In this document: piece after piece, positions 28,629 to 42,900 of the stretch
Position numbering within the stretch: position 1 is the first letter of the stretch
How the letters are laid out: every line of letters starts with the position of its first letter
Assembly (NCBI RefSeq): GCF_009914755.1
Contig: NC_060948.1
Length of the DNA: 64,000 nucleotides
From: the human T2T-CHM13v2.0 reference genome, Homo sapiens
Reading direction: 5' to 3' (one strand)
Position numbers and translations under genes: made by a program
Notes under the pieces: model-generated
What the model was told of the DNA's origin: nothing
Database searches by the model: none
What the model saw: the letters and a program-made list of their open reading frames with translations, nothing else

Positions 28629-30689
28629 GGCCTGGAATAAAGTGGAATGCTACTGTCTCGAATGGAATAAAAATGTATGGAATGGAATGCAATGAAATGG
28701 AATCGAATGTCATAGAATGTAATGGAATGCAACAAAATGGAATCCAATATCATTGACTGGAAAGGCTGGGTGTCGAAAGGAATTGACTCCAATGGAATGG
28801 AATCGAATGGAATGGAAGTGAATAGAATCGAACTAAATCGAATGGAATGGAATTGATAGGAACGGAATGGAAAGGAATGCAATGATTTGGCATGGAATGG
28901 AATCGAATGGCATCGAATGGAATGGAATGGAATGCAATGGAATGGAATGTATTAGAATGGAATGAACTTTAATGGAATGTACTCGAATGGATTCGACTGG
29001 AATGGAATGTTCTGGAAGTGAATGGACTCCAATGGAATGGATTCAAAAGGAATGGAATCGTACGGAATGGAATCTAATGGAATGGAATTAAATGGAAATG
29101 AATCAAATTGAATAGCACGGAATTGAATTGAATGGAATGGAATGCAATGGAATCTAATGAAACGGAAAGGAAAGGAATGGAATGGAATGGAAAGGGCTGG
29201 AATGGAAAGGAATCGAAACGAATGGAATGGAATCGAACTGAAGAGACTGGAATGGAATGCACTGGAATGGAAGGGAGTGTAATGGAAGGTTCTCGAAAAA
29301 AATGGAATCGAATGGAATGGAATTGAATGGAACGGAATAGAGTCGAATGGAATTGAATGGAATGGAATGGACTAGAGTGAAATGGAATCGAACCACAAGG
29401 AATGGAGAGGAATAGAATGGTCTCGAATTGAATGGAATCGTATGGAATGGCATCAAACGGAATGGAATGGACAGCCACGGAATGGAATGCACTCGAATGC
29501 AATGGAGTCGAAACTAATGGACTGGAATAGAATGGACTCGACTGGTACGGACTCCAATGGAATGGAATCGAATGGAAGGGAATCGAACGGAATGGACTCG
29601 AAGGGAAAAGACTGCAATGGAAAGGTCTCGAATGGAATGGAAATTAATGGAATGGAATGGAATCGAATGAAATGGAGTCAAAAGGAATGGAATCGAATGG
29701 CAAGAAATCGAATGTAATGGAATCGCAAGGAATTGATGTGAACGGAACGGAATGGAATGGAATCCAAAGGAATGGAATAGAATGGAATGGAATCGAATGG
29801 AAAGGACTAGAATGGAAATCACTCGAATAGAATGCAATTTAATAAAATAGGATCAAATGTAATGGAATGGAATGGAAAGGAATCGAAACGAAAGGAATGG
29901 AGACAGATGGAATGGAATGGAACAGAGAGCAATGGTATAGAATGGAATGGAATCATCTGGAATGGAATTGAATGGAATGGAATAATATGAAATGGAATGG
30001 AATAGAATGGAATGGAATGCCCTTGAATTAAATGGACTGGAATGGAATGGACTCGAACAGAGTGGAATGGAAAGTGTTGAGATAGAATGGAATGGACTCC
30101 TTTGGAATGGTCTAGTATGCAATGCAATCGACTGGCAGGGAATCAAAAGGAATGTAATGGAATGGATTGGACTGGAATGCAATGGACAGGAATAGATTGG
30201 AAACGGAATGCAAAGGAATGGAATGGAATAGTATGGAATGGAATGGAAAGGAATGGAGTGGAATAGACTAGAGTGGAATGCAATGGACTGGAAAGCAATG
30301 GACTGGAATGGAACTTTCTTGAATGGACTGGAATCAAACGGAATGGAATGCAATGCAATCAAATGGCATGGAATAAAATAGAATGAAAGAGAATCAAATG
30401 GAATTGAATCGAATGGAATCGAATGGATTGGAAAGGAATAGAATGGAATGGAATGGAATTCACTCAAATGGAATGGACTAGAATGGAATGGATTCGAATG
30501 GAAGGCAAAGGAATGGAATCTATTGGAATGGACTGTAATGGAATGGAATGGAATTGAATGGAATGGGAACGAATGGAGTGAAATTGTATGCAGTAGAAGG
30601 GAATAGAATGGAATGCAAGCAAAAGGAAAGGAATGGATTGGCATGGAATGGAATTCATTGGAATGGAAGGGAATGTAGTGTAATGGACA
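28629..30689 (+). repeat. Truncated DYZ1 unit, 2061 bp, copy 2
   Basis: GGCC at 28629 and 30690. The deletion junction at ~30541-30553 is identical to that of copy 1. Confidence 0.93.
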
Positions 30690-33600
30690 GGCCTGGAATA
30701 AAGTGGAATGCTACGGTCTCGAATGGAATAAAAATGTATGGAATGGAATGCAATGAAATGGAATCGAATGTCATAGAATGTAATGGAATGCAACAAAATG
30801 GAATCCAATATCATTGACTGGAAAGGCTGGGTGTTGAAAGGAATTGACTCCAATGGAATGGAATCGAATGGAATGGAAGTGAATAGAATCGAACTAAATC
30901 GAATGGAATGGAATTGATAGGAACGGAATGGAAAGGAATGCAATGATTTGGCATGGAATGGAATCGAATGGCATCGAATGGAATGGAATGGAATGCAATG
31001 GAATGGAATGTATTAGAATGTAATGAACTTTAATGGAATGTACTCGAATGGATTCGACTGGAATGGAATGTTCTGGAAGTGAATGGACTCCAATGGAATG
31101 GATTCAAAAGGAATGGAATCGTACGGAATGGAATCTAATGGAATGGAATTAAATGGAAATGAATCAAATTGAATAGCACGGAATTGAATTGAATGGAATG
31201 GAATGCAATGGAATCTAATGAAACGGAAAGGAAAGGAATGGAATGGAATGGAATGGGCTGGAATGGAAAGGAATCGAAACGAATGGAATGGAATCGAACT
31301 GAAGAGACTGGAATGGAATGCACTGGAATGGAAGGGAGTGTAATGGAAGGTTCTCGAAAAAAATGGAATGGAATGGAATGGAATTGAATGGAACGGAATA
31401 GAGTCGAATGGAATTGAATGGAATGGAATGGACTAGAGTGAAATGGAATCGAACCACAAGGAATGGACAGGAATAGAATGGTCTCGAATTGAATGGAATC
31501 GTATGGAATGGCATCAAACGGAATGGAATGGACAGCCACGGAATGGAATGCACTCGAATGCAATGGAGTCGAAACTAATGGACTGGAATAGAATGGACTC
31601 GACTGGTACGGACTCCAATGGAATGGAATCGAATGGAAGGGAATCGAACGGAATGGACTCGAAGGGAAAAGACTGCAATGGAAAGGTCTCGAATGGAATG
31701 GAAATTAATGGAATGGAATGGAATCGAATGAAATGGAGTCAAAAGGAATGGAATCGAATGGCAAGAAATCGAATGTAATGGAATCACAAGGAATTGATGT
31801 GAACGGAACGGAATGGAATGGAATCCAAAGGAATGGAATAGAATGGAATGGAATCGAATGGAAAGGACTCGAATGGCAATCACTCGAATAGAATGCAATT
31901 TAATAAAATAGGATCAAATGTAATGGAATGGAATGGAAAGGAATCGAAACGAAAGGAATGGAGACAGATGGAATGGAATGGAACAGAGAGCAATGGTATA
32001 GAATGGAATGGAATCATCTGGAATGGAATTGAATGGAATGGAATAATATGAAATGGAATGGAATGGAATGGAATGGAATGCCCTTGAATTAAATGGACTG
32101 GAATGGAATGGACTCGAACAGAGTGGAATGGAAAGTGTTGAGATAGAATGGAATGGACTCCTTTGGAATGGTCTAGTATGCAATGCAATCGACTGGCAGG
32201 GAATCAAAAGGAATGTAATCGAATGGATTGGACTGGAATGCAATGGACTCGAATAGATTGGAAACGGAATGCAAAGGAATGGAATGGAATAGTATGGAAT
32301 GGAATGGAAAGGAATGGAGTGGAATAGACTAGAGTGGAATGGAATGGACTGGAAAGCAATGGACTGGAATGGAACTTTCTTGAATGGACTGGAATCAAAC
32401 GGAATGGAATGCAATGCAATCAAATGGCATGGAATAAAATAGAATGAAAGAGAATCAAATGGAATTGAATCGAATGGAATCGAATGGATTGGAAAGGAAT
32501 AGAATGGAATGGAATAGAATGGACTCAAATGGAATGGACTAGAATGGAATGGATTCGAATGGAAGGCAAAGGAATGGAATCTATTGGAATGGACTGTAAT
32601 TGAATGGAATGGAAGGGATTGGAATGGACTCGAATAGAATGGACTGCAATAGAAAGGATTCGAATGGAATGAAAAAGAATTGAATGGAATAGAACAGAAT
32701 GGAATCAAATCGAATGAAATGGAATGGAATAGAAAGGAATGGAATGAAATGGAATGGAAAGGATTCGAATGGAATGCAATCGAATGGAATGGAATCGAAC
32801 GGAATGGAATAAAATGGAAGAAAACTGGCAAGAAATGGAATCGAAATGAATGGAGTGTTATGGAACGGACTCAAAAGGAATTGAATGTAATAGAATGGAG
32901 TGGAGTGGACTCGAATATAATGGACTGGAATGGAATGAAATCACATGGAATGGGAACGAATGGAATGGAATGGAAAGGAATGGAATCGAATGGAAAGGAA
33001 TCGAATGGAAGGGAATGAAATTGAATCAACAGGAATGGAAGGGAATAGAATAGACGGTAATGGAATGGACTCGAATAGAATGGACACGAATGCTCAAATT
33101 GAATGGACTCGAATGGAATGGAAACGAAAGGAATGTCATCGAATGGAATTGAATCGATTGGAATGAAATCGCATAGAATGGAGTGGAATCAAATGGAATT
33201 GAATCGAAAGGAAAGGAAGCGAATGGACTGAAATGAAATGGAATGGAATTGAATGGAAAGTAATGCAATGGAATAGAATGGAACGAAATTTCACGGAATG
33301 GAATCAAACTGAATGGAATCAAATCAATGGAATCAAATCAAATGGAACGGAAAGGAATTGAATGGAGTAGATTGGATTGGATGGGATTGGAATGAAATGT
33401 ACTGGAAAGGACTCGAATTTCATGAAACGGAATGGAATGAATTGGAACGGAATGGACTCGAATGGAATGGAATGTCATGGAATGGCATCAAATGGAATGG
33501 CATCAAATGGAATGGAATCGAATGCAATGGAATGCTATGGAATGGAATGGAATGCATTGGAATGGAATGTCCTCTAATGGAATGGATTCGAGTGGAATGG

Positions 33601-34268
33601 AATCGAATATAATGGAGTCGAATGAAATGGAATTGAAAGGAATGGGATCGAATACAATGGAATATACTGGAATGTAATGTAATGAACTCGAATGTAATTG
33701 ACTGGAATGGAATGTACATGAATGGAAGGTAATCGAATGGAAAGTAATCCAATGGAATAGAATCTAATGCAATAAAACCGACTCAGATAGAGTAGAATGT
33801 AATGGAATGGAGTGCAGTGCAATGGAATGGAATGGAATTGAATGCAATGGAATGGAATGGAATGTAATGGAATGGAATGGAATGGAATGGAATGGAATGG
33901 AATGGGATGGAATGGTATGGAATGGATAGTAATGGACTGGAGTGAAATGGACTGGAAAGGAATGGACTCAAATTGAAAGGGCTCGAAAGGAATGGAGTCA
34001 AATGGAATGGTCTGGAATGGAATGAACACGAATGTAATGCAATCCAATAGAATGGAATCGAATGGCATGGAATATAAAGAAATGGATTCGAAGAGAATGG
34101 AAACAAATGGAATGGAATTGAATGGAATGGAATTGAATGGAATGGGAACGAATGGAGTGAAATTGTATGCAGTAGAAGGGAATAGAAAGGAATGCAAGCG
34201 AAAGGAAAGGAATGGATTGGAATGGAATGGAATTCATTGGAATGGAAGGGAATGTAGTGTAATGGACA

Positions 34269-36329
34269 GGCCTGGAATAAAGTGGAATGCTACGGTCTCG
34301 AATGGAATAAAAATGTATGGAATGGAATGCAATGAAATGGAATCGAATGTCATAGAATGTAATGGAATGCAACAAAATGGAATCCAATATCATTGACTGG
34401 AAAGGCTGGGTGTCGAAAGGAATTGACTCCAATGGAATGGAATCGAATGGAATGGAAGTGAATAGAATCGAACTAAATCGAATGGAATGGAATTGATAGG
34501 AACGGAATGGAAAGGAATGCAATGATTTGGCATGGAATGGAATCGAATGGCATCGAATGGAATGGAATGGAATGCAATGGAATGGAATGTATTAGAATGG
34601 AATGAACTTTAATGGAATGTACTCGAATGGATTCGACTGGAATGGAATGTTCTGGAAGTGAATGGACTCCAATGGAATGGATTCAAAAGGAATGGAATCG
34701 TACGGAATGGAATCTAATGGAATGGAATTAAATGGAAATGAATCAAATTGAATAGCACGGAATTGAATTGAATGGAATGGAATGCAATGGAATCTAATGA
34801 AACGGAAAGGAAAGGAATGGAATGGAATGGAATGGGCTGGAATGGAAAGGAATCGAAACGAATGGAATGGAATCGAACTGAAGAGACTGGAATGGAATGC
34901 ACTGGAATGGAAGGGAGTGTAATGGAAGGTTCTCGAAAAAAATGGAATCGAATGGAATGGAATTGAATGGAACGGAATAGAGTCGAATGGAATTGAATGG
35001 AATGGAATGGACTAGAGTGAAATGGAATCGAACCACAAGGAATGGAGAGGAATAGAATGGTCTCGAATTGAATGGAATCGTATGGAATGGCATCAAACGG
35101 AATGGAATGGACAGCCACGGAATGGAATGCACTCGAATGCAATGGAGTCGAAACTAATGGACTGGAATAGAATGGACTCGACTGGTACGGACTCCAATGG
35201 AATGGAATCGAATGGAAGGGAATCGAACGGAATGGACTCGAAGGGAAAAGACTGCAATGGAAAGGTCTCGAATGGAATGGAAATTAATGGAATGGAATGG
35301 AATCGAATGAAATGGAGTCAAAAGGAATGGAATCGAATGGCAAGAAATCGAATGTAATGGAATCGCAAGGAATTGATGTGAACGGAACGGAATGGAATGG
35401 AATCCAAAGGAATGGAATAGAATGGAATGGAATCGAATGGAAAGGACTAGAATGGAAATCACTCGAATAGAATGCAATTTAATAAAATAGGATCAAATGT
35501 AATGGAATGGAATGGAAAGGAATCGAAACGAAAGGAATGGAGACAGATGGAATGGAATGGAACAGAGAGCAATGGTATAGAATGGAATGGAATCATCTGG
35601 AATGGAATTGAATGGAATGGAATAATATGAAATGGAATGGAATAGAATGGAATGGAATGCCCTTGAATTAAATGGACTGGAATGGAATGGACTCGAACAG
35701 AGTGGAATGGAAAGTGTTGAGATAGAATGGAATGGACTCCTTTGGAATGGTCTAGTATGCAATGCAATCGACTGGCAGGGAATCAAAAGGAATGTAATGG
35801 AATGGATTGGACTGGAATGCAATGGACAGGAATAGATTGGAAACGGAATGCAAAGGAATGGAATGGAATAGTATGGAATGGAATGGAAAGGAATGGAGTG
35901 GAATAGACTAGAGTGGAATGCAATGGACTGGAAAGCAATGGACTGGAATGGAACTTTCTTGAATGGACTGGAATCAAACGGAATGGAATGCAATGCAATC
36001 AAATGGCATGGAATAAAATAGAATGAAAGAGAATCAAATGGAATTGAATCGAATGGAATCGAATGGATTGGAAAGGAATAGAATGGAATGGAATGGAATT
36101 CACTCAAATGGAATGGACTAGAATGGAATGGATTCGAATGGAAGGCAAAGGAATGGAATCTATTGGAATGGACTGTAATGGAATGGAATGGAATTGAATG
36201 GAATGGGAACGAATGGAGTGAAATTGTATGCAGTAGAAGGGAATAGAATGGAATGCAAGCAAAAGGAAAGGAATGGATTGGAATGGAATGGAATTCATTG
36301 GAATGGAAGGGAATGTAGTGTAATGGACA
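34269..36329 (+). repeat. Truncated DYZ1 unit, 2061 bp, copy 3
   Basis: GGCC at 34269 and 36330. The deletion junction at ~36181-36193 is identical to that of copy 1. Confidence 0.93.
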
Positions 36330-39300
36330 GGCCTGGAATAAAGTGGAATGCTACGGTCTCGAATGGAATAAAAATGTATGGAATGGAATGCAATGAAATG
36401 GAATCGAATGTCATAGAATGTAATGGAATGCAACAAAATGGAATCCAATATCATTGACTGGAAAGGCTGGGTGTCGAAAGGAATTGACTCCAATGGAATG
36501 GAATCGAATGGAATGGAAGTGAATAGAATCGAACTAAATCGAATGGAATGGAATTGATAGGAACGGAATGGAAAGGAATGCAATGATTTGGCATGGAATG
36601 GAATCGAATGGCATCGAATGGAATGGAATGGAATGCAATGGAATGGAATGTATTAGAATGTAATGAACTTTAATGGAATGTACTCGAATGGATTCGACTG
36701 GAATGGAATGTTCTGGAAGTGAATGGACTCCAATGGAATGGATTCAAAAGGAATGGAATCGTACGGAATGGAATCTAATGGAATGGAATTAAATGGAAAT
36801 GAATCAAATTGAATAGCACGGAATTGAATTGAATGGAATGGAATGCAATGGAATCTAATGAAACGGAAAGGAAAGGAATGGAATGGAATGGAATGGGCTG
36901 GAATGGAAAGGAATCGAAACGAATGGAATGGAATCGAACTGAAGAGACTGGAATGGAATGCACTGGAATGGAAGGGAGTGTAATGGAAGGTTCTCGAAAA
37001 AAATGGAATGGAATGGAATGGAATTGAATGGAACGGAATAGAGTCGAATGGAATTGAATGGAATGGAATGGACTAGAGTGAAATGGAATCGAACCACAAG
37101 GAATGGACAGGAATAGAATGGTCTCGAATTGAATGGAATCGTATGGAATGGCATCAAACGGAATGGAATGGACAGCCACGGAATGGAATGCACTCGAATG
37201 CAATGGAGTCGAAACTAATGGACTGGAATAGAATGGACTCGACTGGTACGGACTCCAATGGAATGGAATCGAATGGAAGGGAATCGAACGGAATGGACTC
37301 GAAGGGAAAAGACTGCAATGGAAAGGTCTCGAATGGAATGGAAATTAATGGAATGGAATGGAATCGAATGAAATGGAGTCAAAAGGAATGGAATCGAATG
37401 GCAAGAAATCGAATGTAATGGAATCGCAAGGAATTGATGTGAACGGAACGGAATGGAATGGAATCCAAAGGAATGGAATAGAATGGAATGGAATCGAATG
37501 GAAAGGACTCGAATGGCAATCACTCGAATAGAATGCAATTTAATAAAATAGGATCAAATGTAATGGAATGGAATGGAAAGGAATCGAAACGAAAGGAATG
37601 GAGACAGATGGAATGGAATGGAACAGAGAGCAATGGTATAGAATGGAATGGAATCATCTGGAATGGAATTGAATGGAATGGAATAATATGAAATGGAATG
37701 GAATGGAATGGAATGGAATGGAATGGAATGCCCTTGAATTAAATGGACTGGAATGGAATGGACTCGAACAGAGTGGAATGGAAAGTGTTGAGATAGAATG
37801 GAATGGACTCCTTTGGAATGGTCTAGTATGCAATGCAATCGACTGGCAGGGAATCAAAAGGAATGTAATCGAATGGATTGGACTGGAATGCAATGGACTC
37901 GAATAGATTGGAAACGGAATGCAAAGGAATGGAATGGAATAGTATGGAATGGAATGGAAAGGAATGGAGTGGAATAGACTAGAGTGGAATGGAATGGACT
38001 GGAAAGCAATGGACTGGAATGGAACTTTCTTGAATGGACTGGAATCAAACGGAATGGAATGCAATGCAATCAAATGGCATGGAATAAAATAGAATGAAAG
38101 AGAATCAAATGGAATTGAATCGAATGGAATCGAATGGATTGGAAAGGAATAGAATGGAATGGAATGGAATGGACTCAAATGGAATGGACTAGAATGGAAT
38201 GGATTCGAATGGAAGGCAAAGGAATGGAATCTATTGGAATGGACTGTAATTGAATGGAATGGAAGGGATTGGAATGGACTCGAATAGAATGGACTGCAAT
38301 AGAAAGGATTCGAATGGAATGAAAAAGAATTGAATGGAATAGAACAGAATGGAATCAAATCGAATGAAATGGAATGGAATAGAAAGGAATGGAATGAAAT
38401 GGAATGGAAAGGATTCGAATGGAATGCAATCGAATGGAATGGAATCGAACGGAATGGAATAAAATGGAAGAAAACTGGCAAGAAATGGAATCGAAATGAA
38501 TGGAGTGTTATGGAACGGACTCAAAAGGAATTGAATGTAATAGAATGGAGTGGAGTGGACTCGAATATAATGGACTGGAATGGAATGAAATCACATGGAA
38601 TGGGAACGAATGGAATGGAATGGAAAGGAATGGAATCGAATGGAAAGGAATCGAATGGAAGGGAATGAAATTGAATCAACAGGAATGGAAGGGAATAGAA
38701 TAGACGGTAATGGAATGGACTCGAATAGAATGGACACGAATGCTCAAATTGAATGGACTCGAATGGAATGGAAACGAAAGGAATGTCATCGAATGGAATT
38801 GAATCGATTGGAATGAAATCGCATAGAATGGAGTGGAATCAAATGGAATTGAATCGAAAGGAAAGGAAGCGAATGGACTGAAATGAAATGGAATGGAATT
38901 GAATGGAAAGTAATGCAATGGAATAGAATGGAACGAAATTTCACGGAATGGAATCAAACTGAATGGAATCAAATCAATGGAATCTAATCAAATGGAATGG
39001 AAAGGAATTGAATGGAGTAGATTGGATTGGATGGGATTGGAATGAAATGTACTGGAAAGGACTCGAATTTCATGAAACGGAATGGAATGAATTGGAACGG
39101 AATGGACTCGAATGGAATGGAATGTCATGGAATGACATCAAATGGAATGGCATCAAATGGAATGGAATCGAATGCAATGGAATGCTATGGAATGGAATGG
39201 AATGCATTGGAATGGAATGTCCTCTAATGGAATGGATTCGAGTGGAATGGAATCGAATATAATGGAGTCGAATGAAATGGAATTGAAAGGAATGGGATCG

Positions 39301-39918
39301 AATACAATGGAATATACTGGAATGTAATGTAATGAACTCGAATGTAATTGACTGGAATGGAATGTACATGAATGGAAGGTAATCGAATGGAAAGTAATCC
39401 AATGGAATAGAATCTAATGCAATAAAACCGACTCAGATAGAGTAGAATGTAATGGAATGGAGTGCAGTGCAATGGAATGGAATGGAATTGAATGCAATGG
39501 AATGGAATGGAATGTAATGGAATGGAATGGAATGGAATGGAATGGAATGGAATGGGATGGAATGGTATGGAATGGATAGAAATGGACTGGAGTGAAATGG
39601 ACTGGAAAGGAATGGACTCAAATTGAAAGGGCTCGAAAGGAATGGAGTCAAATGGAATGGTCTGGAATGGAATGAACACGAATGTAATGCAATCCAATAG
39701 AATGGAATCGAATGGCATGGAATATAAAGAAATGGATTCGAAGAGAATGGAAACAAATGGAATGGAATTGAATGGAATGGAATTGAATGGAATGGGAACG
39801 AATGGAGTGAAATTGTATGCAGTAGAAGGGAATAGAAAGGAATGCAAGCGAAAGGAAAGGAATGGATTGGAATGGAATGGAATTCATTGGAATGGAAGGG
39901 AATGTAGTGTAATGGACA

Positions 39919-42900
39919 GGCCTGGAATAAAGTGGAATGCTACGGTCTCGAATGGAATAAAAATGTATGGAATGGAATGCAATGAAATGGAATCGAATGT
40001 CATAGAATGTAATGGAATGCAACAAAATGGAATCCAATATCATTGACTGGAAAGGCTGGGTGTCGAAAGGAATTGACTCCAATGGAATGGAATCGAATGG
40101 AATGGAAGTGAATAGAATCGAACTAAATCGAATGGAATGGAATTGATAGGAACGGAATGGAAAGGAATGCAATGATTTGGCATGGAATGGAATCGAATGG
40201 CATCAAATGGAATGGAATGGAATGCAATGGAATGGAATGAACTTTAATGGAATGTACTCGAATGGATTCGACTGGAATGGAATGTTCTGGAAGTGAATGG
40301 ACTCCAATGGAATGGATTCAAAAGGAATGGAATCGTACGGAATGGAATCTAATGGAATGGAATTAAATGGAAATGAATCAAATTGAATAGCACGGAATTG
40401 AATTGAATGGAATGGAATGCAATGGAATCTAATGAAACGGAAAGGAAAGGAATGGAATGGAATGGAATGGGCTGGAATGGAAAGGAATCGAAACGAATGG
40501 AATGGAATCGAACTGAAGAGACTGGAATGGAATGCACTGGAATGGAAGGGAGTGTAATGGAAGGTTCTCGAAAAAAATGGAATCGAATGGAATGGAATTG
40601 AATGGAACGGAATAGAGTCGAATGGAATTGAATGGAATGGAATGGACTAGAGTGAAATGGAATCGAACCACAAGGAATGGAGAGGAATAGAATGGTCTCG
40701 AATTGAATGGAATCGTATGGAATGGCATCAAACGGAATGGAATGGACAGCCACGGAATGGAATGCACTCGAATGCAATGGAGTCGAAACTAATGGACTGG
40801 AATAGAATGGACTCGACTGGTACGGACTCCAATGGAATGGAATCGAATGGAAGGGAATCGAACGGAATGGACTCGAAGGGAAAAGACTGCAATGGAAAGG
40901 TCTCGAATGGAATGGAAATTAATGGAATGGAATGGAATCGAATGAAATGGAGTCAAAAGGAATGGAATCGAATGGCAAGAAATCGAATGTAATGGAATCG
41001 CAAGGAATTGATGTGAACGGAACGGAATGGAATGGAATCCAAAGGAATGGAATAGAATGGAATGGAATCGAATGGAAAGGACTCGAATGGAAATCACTCG
41101 AATAGAATGCAATTTAATAAAATAGGATCAAATGTAATGGAATGGAATGGAAAGGAATCGAAACGAAAGGAATGGAGACAGATGGAATGGAATAGAACAG
41201 AGAGCAATGGTATAGAATGGAATGGAATCATCTGGAATGGAATTGAATGGAATGGAATAATATGAAATGGAATGGAATGGAATGGAATGGAATGCCCTTG
41301 AATTAAATGGACTGGAATGGAATGGACTCGAACAGAGTGGAATGGAAAGTGTTGAGATAGAATGGAATGGACTCCTTTGGAATGGTCTAGTATGCAATGC
41401 AATCGACTGGCAGGGAATCAAAAGGAATGTAATCGAATGGATTGGACTGGAATGCAATGGACTCGAATAGATTGCAAACGGGATGCAAAGGAATGGAATG
41501 GAATAGTATGGAATGGAATGGAAAGGAATGGAGTGGAATAGACTAGAGTGGAATGGAATGGACTGGAAAGCAATGGACTGGAATGGAACTTTCTTGAATG
41601 GACTGGAATCAAACGGAATGGAATGCAATGCAATCAAATGGCATGGAATAAAATAGAATGAAAGAGAATCAAATGGAATTGAATCGAATGGAATCGAATG
41701 GATTGGAAAGGAATAGAATGGAATGGAATGGAATGTACTCAAATGGAATGGACTAGAATGGAATGGATTCGAATGGAAGGCAAAGGAATGGAATCTATTG
41801 GAATGGACTGTAATGGAATGGAATGGAAGGGATTGGAATGGACTCGAATGGAATGGACTGCAATAGAAAGGATTCGAATGGAATGAAAAAGAATTGAATG
41901 GAATAGAACAGAATGGAATCAAATCGAATGAAATGGAATGGAATAGAAAGGAATGGAATGAAATGGAATGGAAAGGATTCGAATGGAATGCAATCGAATG
42001 GAATGGAATCGAACGGAATGGAATAAAATGGAAGAAAACTGGCAAGAAATGGAATCGAAATGAATGGAGTGTTATGGAACGGACTCAAAAGGAATTGAAT
42101 GTAATAGAATGGAGTGGAGTGGACTCGAATATAATGGACTGGAATGGAATGAAATCACATGGAATGGGAACGAATGGAATGGAATGGAAAGGAATGGAAT
42201 CGAATGGAAAGGAATCGAATGGAAGGGAATGAAATTGAATCAACAGGAATGGAAGGGAATAGAATAGACGGTAATGGAATGGACTCGAATAGAATGGACA
42301 CGAATGCTCAAATTGAATGGACTCGAATGGAATGGAAACGAAAGGAATGTCATCGAATGGAATTGAATCGATTGGAATGAAATCGCATAGAATGGAGTGG
42401 AATCAAATGGAATTGAATCGAAAGGAAAGGAAGCGAATGGACTGAAATGAAATGGAATGGAATTGAATGGAAAGTAATGCAATGGAATAGAATGGAACGA
42501 AATTTCACGGAATGGAATCAAACTGAATGGAATCAAATCAATGGAATCTAATCAAATGGAATGGAAAGGAATTGAATGGAGTAGATTGGATTGGATGGGA
42601 TTGGAATGAAATGTACTGGAAAGGACTCGAATTTCATGAAACGGAATGGAATGAATTGGAACGGAATGGACTCGAATGGAATGGAATGTCATGGAATGGC
42701 ATCAAATGGAATGGCATCAAATGGAATGGAATCGAATGCAATGGAATGCTATGGAATGGAATGGAATGCATTGGAATGGAATGTCCTCTAATGGAATGGA
42801 TTCGAGTGGAATGGAATCGAATATAATGGAGTCGAATGAAATGGAATTGAAAGGAATGGGATCGAATACAATGGAATATACTGGAATGTAATGTAATGAA

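Larger units (their letters stand above)
22979..39918 (+). repeat. Higher-order repeat: 3 x (2061 bp short unit + 3579/3589 bp long unit) = 5650, 5640, 5650 bp
   Basis: HaeIII intervals alternate 2061/3589/2061/3579/2061/3589. Private variants recur at 5.64-5.65 kb spacing: GGCAATCACTC at ~26225/31875/37515, GAATTCACTC at 24806/30456/36096, and GGACTAGAATGGAAATC at ~24154/29804/35444. Confidence 0.92.
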
